Source: a virus. Taken from it: a DNA stretch of 64,000 nt. The stretch spans positions 12,192 through 76,191 of IMG/VR virus record IMGVR_UViG_3300009432_001268. One strand, given 5' to 3'. Every line of letters begins with the position of its first letter. Within the stretch, counting starts at the first letter, position 1. Under the pieces are notes generated by a model. That model was given only the letters and a program-made list of their open reading frames with translations. It was not told the origin of the DNA and did no database searches. The position numbers were made by a program, and so were the translations under genes. Shown one piece after another: positions 56,881-64,000 of this stretch.

Positions 56881-57497
56881 TAGATATAATTTGGTTGTAT
56901 TCTATTGTAAGAGCCGCCGTAACTAATTGAGTATCGACCCACTTCGGTGTCGTCACCGGCAACCTGAACCGGGGAAGACTTTCTTAGTTTGTAAGCATTG
57001 ATTAAGTCGGTTAGCTCCGAATACTCTTCCTTCTTTAACGAAATGTAAGTTTTGCTTAATTCGTTTTTGTTAATTTTCCTTACTCGGGAGCCATCAGATG
57101 CGACCTCTACGACAGGATCGCTGGAAGCAGCGCCTACGGTCGCTCTAATTTGCTGGTCGTAATAGTGAACTATATACATTTTTTTCAACACAGAAGATTC
57201 TTCTGCCTGAATAGAAACTATAACTGGCTCAGAAGTTGCCCCACTATCCCCTGCCACCGAAAGTCCTAAAGCCCCCGTACCTTCATTGAAGGCTTGGGGT
57301 TCGTACTGGGGGGAAGCGAAACTCCCCGAAAATTCATAAGCGTCAGGTCCGTAATCCACTATTTTAAAAGTGGTGTTTATTCTATTATTCAATTCGCCCA
57401 CGTTACTCCTAATCCAGAAAGCAATTGCGGGGATAGAAATCGTTGAAGGTTCTCCAAGTTCCCTGAAAATTTCATCTGCAATATCAACAATTTTCAT
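56880..57497 (-). CDS. Putative head-tail adaptor
   Basis: 205 aa, first gene of the neck operon; positional call. Confidence 0.45.
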   Translation of the reverse strand: MKIVDIADEIFRELGEPSTISIPAIAFWIRSNVGELNNRINTTFKIVDYGPDAYEFSGSFASPQYEPQAFNEGTGALGLSVAGDSGATSEPVIVSIQAEESSVLKKMYIVHYYDQQIRATVGAASSDPVVEVASDGSRVRKINKNELSKTYISLKKEEYSELTDLINAYKLRKSSPVQVAGDDTEVGRYSISYGGSYNRIQPNYI

Positions 57498-57508
57498 ATT
57501 TATAGAAA

Positions 57509-60500
57509 TTACACTATTTTCCCATCTCCATCGCTATATTTTTCCACGATAAGTCTATCTACATTAGCTCTTTCGCCGTAAATCACATAGTAACAATCAA
57601 TAGTTTCTCCAGAAGCGGCTCCAATTTTGATTTCAGTTAATGAAGTACTCACTACATACAAATGCTGGAATGACCCGTTTGGAGTTAATTGAACCGTGAC
57701 CGTGCCATCTCTCACAAGGCCTACCCAATAATCGGGTAGGGTAATTGTACCGGATTGAGCCCTTCCCCGGTAATAAACGCCAACCTCGGGTCCCTCCAAA
57801 GAGGAGTGCACGAGTTTCATTCCCGCCTTTGTTGGGTGATCTATTTCAAAATTCTTGGTGCCTGTGGCGGTGAAAGTTCCGTCAACATAGACGTTGTGAC
57901 CTGCCGATTGATGATTTTGGTTGAAATAAGTTGTATAAGCGCTGCTACTAGTTGACCCAAACCACCTGAATTGTCGATCATTGGTTCCGACAGGCTGGTA
58001 ATCCATATAGTAGGCCGTGCCGCTGTTACCATAAAACCGAATCTTACCGTCGTTTCCGTTTGTGGTGCCAATTTGTAGGATCTGATCGTTAGAAATTGTA
58101 ATTCCGCCTCCGTACACATGAAGCATCGCAGACGGTACGCTAGTCCCGATGCCAACGCTACCGACGCCCGCGAAAGATCCATTAGTAATGCGCATGGTTT
58201 CTATGCAGGAACCCAAGCCTCCAGCCGGTTCGAAGGTCATGTATTTAGCTAAAAAGCGCGCTGGGTAACCGGCATTACCAACGGCCGCACTTCCGAACAT
58301 TAGGGCGTTTGCAGAGTTCAGGACCATCAACTGCCTGAACGTCCCCGACGTATCTTTGGCCCCGTAAGCACCGCCGTTGGGTACCACGAGCCCGGCTCCA
58401 AATGTAGCTGTTCCGTTAGCCTCAAGGGTCATCGCTTGGGTATAGTTGGTTCCGTTATTTGAGGACGTTCCAAAAATTAACTCACCATCTCCAGAACCTG
58501 ATCTTTTGCAGACAATAAACGCTCTTCCGCTTTGCGAATCTCCCACTGAAAAATCAATACCAACAGCAGGGCTTCCGTAAGTCGCTGTGGCTGCATTGTT
58601 AGCCAACTTTAATGCTCTCCATGTGCTTGAAGTATCAATCGCATAGTTTGCTGTTTTTGTATCTAGGACAGTTAATTTTGTGCTGGGGGCAGTATCCCCG
58701 ATGCCGACATTGCCGTCTTGCAAGAAAGTCACCCTGTCTACAGTGCTGCCAAAATTATCAGCCAGCGTCCGTATATTTAAAGCCCCTGCGTTGTGATAGA
58801 ATGCCCAGTTTTGGTTTGTTGAATTTATTTCCTTGAAAACTAATGTCGGGCCATTAGATTCAATCATCACCCGATTGTCTGGCCCTTGATAGAAATGAAC
58901 ATCAGCAGCGGGACTAGTTGTCCCGAAGCCGACTTTACCGTCCCCCTTAATAGTCATCCGGGTTAGCTTGCCTGCCCCGGTCGCCTGAGTTTGAAGCTGT
59001 AGTTGCGCAGAATCCGTTGCGCCGTCTTGGGTGACTCTAATTTGAGCCATGTATTTATCTAAATTTGCATTACCAAAACTAATCGCCCCAAGAACTCCTG
59101 ATGTATCTCCAGTCGTGCGCAATAGAAGCATATCCGCGCCAGCGGTAGCTTGTAGATTAAGAAGAGTATCTGGCGCAGCAGTCCCGATGCCGACACTGCC
59201 GTTAGCCAGCATAGCCAAACCCGTAGAACCAGAAAACGTCGTTCCGCCAACAGCGGTGGACGGGCCAATGTGTAAAGCATTGTCTATCTCTTGTACCGCT
59301 ACTTGAAAATTGTTTCTGGATGGAGTAGCGAGACTGTCAAAAAACATTAGACGCCTATAAGCACCCCCACCAGAAGATATTCGCACCGTCGACCCATGAA
59401 CATCTAGTTTCGCTCCCGGCGCAGTAGTCCCGATGCCGACATCGCCGCTGGTGTCAATAAGCAGTCTCAGGGCAGAGTCTTGACGGTCGTAAATCTCAAA
59501 GGCTGAACCACTAACAGAAATATTTTGACCAATCTCCACATGTTGAGCCGTGGATTTAAACTCAAGCTGCGCATTCCAACCCACCGATGATGATTCAATA
59601 CGGACTGCAGCATATGTACTAGACGGAGCATAAAGATGAAGCAACCTTGCTGGCGCAGTAGTCCCGATGCCGACACTGCCTACCTGAAAATTAAATAAAC
59701 TCCCGCGCAAATAGAAAGGAACATCGGCTGAATTTGCATCATTGCGCGTGTTGATTTGCACCGCAGTTGAATCCGCTCGTACCCGTAAGTTTTGGTTTGT
59801 AGCAACCTTTACTTGAAAAGGCTGGTCTGGCGTAGCAGTCCCGATGCCGAGATAACCGTCAACCCACGCATTATCGTTGGGAGCCGCTAACTGCTTCACG
59901 GGTAGCGCAAAAGTGGTAGTGTCGGTGGTATAAATAGCCGATACCGTCGTGCCAGACATGAACGTGTCAGTGACAGCCGCCGTAGCACCCAGACACCTCA
60001 TCTTGAGTACCAATCCGTTCCCGGTTGAAGTTCTATGAACAATTTGAATCCTGTAACGTGAATTTGTACTGTCCCATGTTACATCTGATATGGCGAAGTT
60101 GTTGTTAGTCACCCCCCCTACATTTGAATACCAAGACTCATTTGTATAAATGCCATTGCTAGCATTCAAACCAAGAGCGAAACTCTTCGTGAGAACACCA
60201 GCCATGTTTTGATTTGAATAACTACCCGTTATCTCAATCTCTAGATAACCCCAAAACGCACCCGTCCAGTACAAATCTAACTTCTGATTGGCAACTGCGT
60301 TTGTGAAGTAAGGAGTATTGAATAACCTTTCTCCTGCGAAATTACTGTTTGCGCCACCGATCCTTAACCCTCCATTAAGATAAGCTTGGCCCGTGGCGCT
60401 CAATGTTCCTGTGACAGCTAGCGCACCGCCTATAGTGGCCGTTCCAGACATATTTAAGTTCCGCCACTTGACACCTGTAGTTCCAAGATCAAACAAGCCG

Positions 60501-63500
60501 TTTATCGCACCGACTAAATTCCCTCCGATTGTGGTGGTTCCACCTAAAAGCGAATCTCCGTTTACATGGAGTAGTTTAGAAGGACTAGTAGTCCCGATGC
60601 CGACATTGCCGTCTTGAATTATTGTTAGTTTCGCATCCCCGACAGCAGCAGAACTGTTATCAGCATTAGACTGCACAGCTAAATGCAACTTACCAACTCC
60701 GTAGGTTCCTGTCCTTTGGAATATTACCGCTCCTTTTGATCTGTCGTAGCTAATAGCGGATGAGTTATCTGTCCTGAACCATATTCCAGCTTGAGTAGTG
60801 TTGTCAGTACCACCGTAAGCATTAACAAGCATCTGGGTATCGTTTCCAGATTTATAAATTTCTAAAGCCTGAGTTGGGGATGCGTTATTACCTATACCAA
60901 AATTACCATTAGAGACCATCATCATTGCCCTAGTGCCAGCATAAGCGAAGCTAAAGGCATTCCCGACGGAACCTCCATCATCATACCTCAATTGCAATGT
61001 CCTTGCTGGAAGATTAGAAGGAGCAATGGTTATACATTCTGAAATGTACGGAGTAGAAGCCGCAGACGGCCCTATAATATGAAGTTTTGCTGCTGGCGCA
61101 GTAGTCCCGATGCCGACCTTGCCGTCAGTTAGAATAGTAACTCTATCGTTTGTGCCTAAAGCGCTGTGCTGACTAATTTTTAAGGAATCACCATCCGAAT
61201 CGTCTGCTCCCAAAGCCCAATGAGTTGTGTTGTTAACTAGGAAATTTATATATGGATCAGCACCACCTTCCCCCTCAATTTGAACAGTAGCATTACTAGC
61301 GCCAGTTCCAAAAATAGACAATTTATGAGGTGGCGTAGCAGTCCCGATGCCGACCCTCGGACTGTTGCTAACCAGCTTGACAATAAAATCTGTATCACCG
61401 CCGCTATAGGTGGTTGTGTTTGATCTGACAGCGAAAACTTCTGCATCGTTTTCCGACACCGAAGAAACCACAAGGCAATCGGCTCCTGCCACATTGTTGC
61501 TATTATGTATCCAAGCAGTAGGTGTTCCCGCCGCAGTTGAATTAACAACCGTCAACGGATTCCCCGGCGCAACAGTCCCAATGCCGACATTGCCGTTGTT
61601 CAGTACTACAAGTTTATATACCCCAGCCGAAACAGCACCTAACAAATAACCGCTAGTATCTATATCTGTTTGGATCAATAACCCAGACGGAGCTGTCGTG
61701 GATGTGTTGTGGAATCTGGTTAACCAATCTGAAGCTGTAGCACTAACGACATCCAGCTTGTGTGCAGGCGCAGTAGTCCCGATGCCGACGTAACCAGTAT
61801 ACCCCTGTATTAACATTACCTCAGTCGGGGTAGTATTATTAAGTTTAGTTTTAAACGCTATGCTTCCATTTAAATTATTTGCGCCTACAGTTCTACCGTA
61901 GTTTTCGATTGTAAGCCGTTCAGCCCCAGATGTGTACTGTACTAATGCCCCATAGGTTCCAACTACCTGAGATGACAGTTCCAATGTGGCAGTGTACGGT
62001 GAGGCTCCTGTCTCGTAAATGAGTAGCCTAGAATCATTCGTATCATTAACCTGAAGCTTTGTACTAGGCGCAGCAGTCCCGATGCCGACTTTGCCGTCAC
62101 CCTGAAAAGTTACCTTAGTATCATTTGCAAAGCTTACATCAGCGTCATCACCGGTGTTATCGAGGGCGAATAAAAGTTTTCCAATTCCATACGAACCTGT
62201 TCGCTTCCATCCAATACCGCACTTAGCTCGTCGTGTCCCCCCATGAACGCCAAAATAAATCGGACTAATATCATTGTTAGCTCCATTAGAATTTTGTAAA
62301 CGTAACCCGCCTGAGAGGCTTTCGCCCACAGTATCGGAATCTACAGTAAGTCTAGCAGTTGGCGCATTAGTCCCGATGCCAACTTTGCCGTCTCCCAAAA
62401 ACCTCACTCGCTCAGCTAATCCACTGGCATCAGTTTTCTCCAAATTAAACACAAGGTCAGCAGATCCATTATTGCTTGAATTTCTTATGGCTGATACCTG
62501 TGCCCCGTATCTATTTAGGGAATGGTTATTGGATGTCTTAAAAAATATTCCAGCTCCGCCACCTATAGTAGCGTCTGCGCTCAGGCAGGTTATAATCGAA
62601 GTAGGGCCACTACTAGTTGCTCCATAAACATTAAGAATACTATTTAAGTTTGCAGCCGTCCCGATGCCGACTTTGCCGTCAGCTTGAATCCTCACCTTCT
62701 CTGCGCCATTAGTTCCCGTGCAGAAGGTGGTGAACCCACCTGTTATTCTTAAATGTGCGGCCGCATTAGTAGCTGCATAAAGTTGTTTAATATCCGCAGT
62801 AGTATAGCCACCGTTGTCGTGTAAGATGTCCAGTCCCGCGCCGCCACCAACTCTAACATTACCGCTTCCACTCCCAACCTGTAGATCACGGTATGGCGCA
62901 TCAGTCCCAATGCCGACTTTGCCGTCCCATTTAACGGCAAAAGCAACTAATGCACTAGTATTTGGATAAATATAAAAATCTCCCGCTCCTTCTGAGTATC
63001 TTATTCTCCCCTGAACCGCTCCAGAGTTATTCCAATAGTCTATATCTAAATTTTGTGCATTATTGGTATTTTCTATAATAATGCCCGTACTCCCTGATAC
63101 TGTGCTTTTAATATGTAAATTCTTGCTTGGACTTGTCGCCCCTATGCCGACATTGCCGTCAGACTTAAACCTTACTATCTCTGTGCCAGATTTAGCGGAC
63201 GCACTTCCTATCTCAAAAACAAAACCTCCATAGGAAGAGTGAGAGGTGTGACTGCTGTAAAACCTAGCTTTGCCGTCGCCATTTTCAATATATAAACCAG
63301 CAGCCCAGTTCGCCTGAACCTTTAACTCTGCGGAAGTAGTAGAGCCCCCTTGTATATGCAGAAGCCGACTCCCAACTCCTGTTGGCGCAGTAGTACCGAT
63401 GCCGACGTTGCCACCAGTTGGATTTAATATAAGGTTTTTATACGCTGTCGCAGTGTCGGCATAAATTGAGGCGTAGTCATTCGTGCCTGTATTATTGAGT

Positions 63501-64000
63501 TGTAAACGAACAACCGTGGATGCCGTGTTGTCTACTCTTACAGCCCCACTAAACGTAGCAGTAGTACCCGTCAGCGCACCACTGAATGTGGCATTTCCTG
63601 CCGCAGTGAGTTCCAAAACTACCCCGCCATTAGCCGAACCCAATTTCAGTTCGCCGTTCCCATAAGCGTGAGTAGAGCGAATGTGATTTTGAGTGATGAC
63701 TGTACCATTTACGTCCAACGAGTCTGCCGCTGGATTCCACGTTAATGCAGTGTCACCTGACAGAGTGCCTGCTGTAGGACGAAACAATATAGGTACAGCG
63801 GCATTTACAGTTGTTGATGGAAGAGTGGGCAAATTAACATTACCGCTGAATGTACCAGTACCGGTTACTGATAGGCCTGTGGAGGATACATTTAAATAAG
63901 TCGTTGCGCCGCACTTGAACGTAAAAGGAGTGCCACTAGAGCCTGTCGCAATAACCCCGGTGTTACTTATAATGTCCCCATAGGTTATAAGGTTCCCGTA
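57509..64000 (-). CDS. Long modular tail fibre (5' end beyond the window)
   Basis: About 19 G(N/K)VGIGTxxP repeats; C-terminal KNFEIDHP..HSSLEGPE..YRG domain. The frame stays open from 63832 to 64000, so the track start is internal. Confidence 0.88.
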   Translation of the reverse strand, partial: YGNLITYGDIISNTGVIATGSSGTPFTFKCGATTYLNVSSTGLSVTGTGTFSGNVNLPTLPSTTVNAAVPILFRPTAGTLSGDTALTWNPAADSLDVNGTVITQNHIRSTHAYGNGELKLGSANGGVVLELTAAGNATFSGALTGTTATFSGAVRVDNTASTVVRLQLNNTGTNDYASIYADTATAYKNLILNPTGGNVGIGTTAPTGVGSRLLHIQGGSTTSAELKVQANWAAGLYIENGDGKARFYSSHTSHSSYGGFVFEIGSASAKSGTEIVRFKSDGNVGIGATSPSKNLHIKSTVSGSTGIIIENTNNAQNLDIDYWNNSGAVQGRIRYSEGAGDFYIYPNTSALVAFAVKWDGKVGIGTDAPYRDLQVGSGSGNVRVGGGAGLDILHDNGGYTTADIKQLYAATNAAAHLRITGGFTTFCTGTNGAEKVRIQADGKVGIGTAANLNSILNVYGATSSGPTSIITCLSADATIGGGAGIFFKTSNNHSLNRYGAQVSAIRNSSNNGSADLVFNLEKTDASGLAERVRFLGDGKVGIGTNAPTARLTVDSDTVGESLSGGLRLQNSNGANNDISPIYFGVHGGTRRAKCGIGWKRTGSYGIGKLLFALDNTGDDADVSFANDTKVTFQGDGKVGIGTAAPSTKLQVNDTNDSRLLIYETGASPYTATLELSSQVVGTYGALVQYTSGAERLTIENYGRTVGANNLNGSIAFKTKLNNTTPTEVMLIQGYTGYVGIGTTAPAHKLDVVSATASDWLTRFHNTSTTAPSGLLIQTDIDTSGYLLGAVSAGVYKLVVLNNGNVGIGTVAPGNPLTVVNSTAAGTPTAWIHNSNNVAGADCLVVSSVSENDAEVFAVRSNTTTYSGGDTDFIVKLVSNSPRVGIGTATPPHKLSIFGTGASNATVQIEGEGGADPYINFLVNNTTHWALGADDSDGDSLKISQHSALGTNDRVTILTDGKVGIGTTAPAAKLHIIGPSAASTPYISECITIAPSNLPARTLQLRYDDGGSVGNAFSFAYAGTRAMMMVSNGNFGIGNNASPTQALEIYKSGNDTQMLVNAYGGTDNTTQAGIWFRTDNSSAISYDRSKGAVIFQRTGTYGVGKLHLAVQSNADNSSAAVGDAKLTIIQDGNVGIGTTSPSKLLHVNGDSLLGGTTTIGGNLVGAINGLFDLGTTGVKWRNLNMSGTATIGGALAVTGTLSATGQAYLNGGLRIGGANSNFAGERLFNTPYFTNAVANQKLDLYWTGAFWGYLEIEITGSYSNQNMAGVLTKSFALGLNASNGIYTNESWYSNVGGVTNNNFAISDVTWDSTNSRYRIQIVHRTSTGNGLVLKMRCLGATAAVTDTFMSGTTVSAIYTTDTTTFALPVKQLAAPNDNAWVDGYLGIGTATPDQPFQVKVATNQNLRVRADSTAVQINTRNDANSADVPFYLRGSLFNFQVGSVGIGTTAPARLLHLYAPSSTYAAVRIESSSVGWNAQLEFKSTAQHVEIGQNISVSGSAFEIYDRQDSALRLLIDTSGDVGIGTTAPGAKLDVHGSTVRISSGGGAYRRLMFFDSLATPSRNNFQVAVQEIDNALHIGPSTAVGGTTFSGSTGLAMLANGSVGIGTAAPDTLLNLQATAGADMLLLRTTGDTSGVLGAISFGNANLDKYMAQIRVTQDGATDSAQLQLQTQATGAGKLTRMTIKGDGKVGFGTTSPAADVHFYQGPDNRVMIESNGPTLVFKEINSTNQNWAFYHNAGALNIRTLADNFGSTVDRVTFLQDGNVGIGDTAPSTKLTVLDTKTANYAIDTSSTWRALKLANNAATATYGSPAVGIDFSVGDSQSGRAFIVCKRSGSGDGELIFGTSSNNGTNYTQAMTLEANGTATFGAGLVVPNGGAYGAKDTSGTFRQLMVLNSANALMFGSAAVGNAGYPARFLAKYMTFEPAGGLGSCIETMRITNGSFAGVGSVGIGTSVPSAMLHVYGGGITISNDQILQIGTTNGNDGKIRFYGNSGTAYYMDYQPVGTNDRQFRWFGSTSSSAYTTYFNQNHQSAGHNVYVDGTFTATGTKNFEIDHPTKAGMKLVHSSLEGPEVGVYYRGRAQSGTITLPDYWVGLVRDGTVTVQLTPNGSFQHLYVVSTSLTEIKIGAASGETIDCYYVIYGERANVDRLIVEKYSDGDGKIV
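58143..63406 (-). repeat. About 18 interspersed copies of a conserved DNA box, core GTCGGCATCGGGAC
   Basis: Plus-strand GTCCCGATGCCGAC or close variants at 58143, 58695, 58920, 59181, 59427, 59661, 59838, 60591, 61104, 61341, 61575, 61776, 62076, 62370, 62658, 62904, 63138, 63393. Confidence 0.93.

Noticed and set aside
58143-63406. CRISPR array interpretation of the interspersed repeats
   Set aside because: Spacers are about 180-750 bp, all in frame within one ORF, the repeats are degenerate, and no cas genes are present.
308-63899. Many short opposite-strand ORFs in the track (e.g. 308-550, 27227-27748, 52466-53071)
   Set aside because: They are antisense shadows of well-supported genes and have no recognisable motifs.
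57509-64000. Diversity-generating retroelement or invertase shufflon acting on the fibre
   Set aside because: No reverse transcriptase, no adenine-specific TR/VR pair and no recombinase in the window; all boxes are in direct orientation.
1-64000. Stop-codon reassignment, tRNA genes, or a bacterial chromosomal origin of the window
   Set aside because: Genes are full length under the standard code with TAA, TGA and TAG all used as stops. No cloverleaf was seen in the intergenic gaps. Gene content and packing are phage-like throughout.

Overview
The window is part of a large tailed dsDNA phage genome with a siphovirus-type, lambda-like tail tip. There are no cellular housekeeping genes, and gene packing is dense with overlapping stop/start codons. 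(1) 1-19.7 kb, minus strand: a replication block (DnaB helicase running off the left edge, tubulin/FtsZ-family GTPase, nuclease, RecA-like recombinase, SSB-like protein, sigma factor, dNMP kinase). A ~13 kb glycan-biosynthesis cluster (gmd, rfbB, wecB, aminotransferase, GNAT, methyltransferases, glycosyltransferases) sits inside it. (2) A 620 bp divergent intergenic region holding a probable ~360 nt structured RNA and an AT-rich palindrome. (3) 20.3-29.2 kb, plus strand: nucleotide metabolism and accessory genes (dCMP deaminase, dUTPase, Hsp20, class II RNR, riboflavin kinase, glutaredoxin, 2OG oxygenase, orphan antitoxin domain). (4) 29-64 kb: virion genes (IPT/TIG protein, four tail-tube-like paralogues, inverted M-L-K-I-J tip module, 2220 aa tape measure, neck proteins, long modular tail fibre running off the right edge). 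Most notable: a tail fibre built from variable modules separated by ~18 copies of a DNA box conserved at the nucleotide level; the structured RNA; three promoter classes readable from the sequence (TTGACW-N5-CCCC, GTGTAA, sigma54); and [S/T]-G enrichment in virion proteins, in a genome that also carries the glycosylation cluster. All calls are from manual motif reading, with no database searches.
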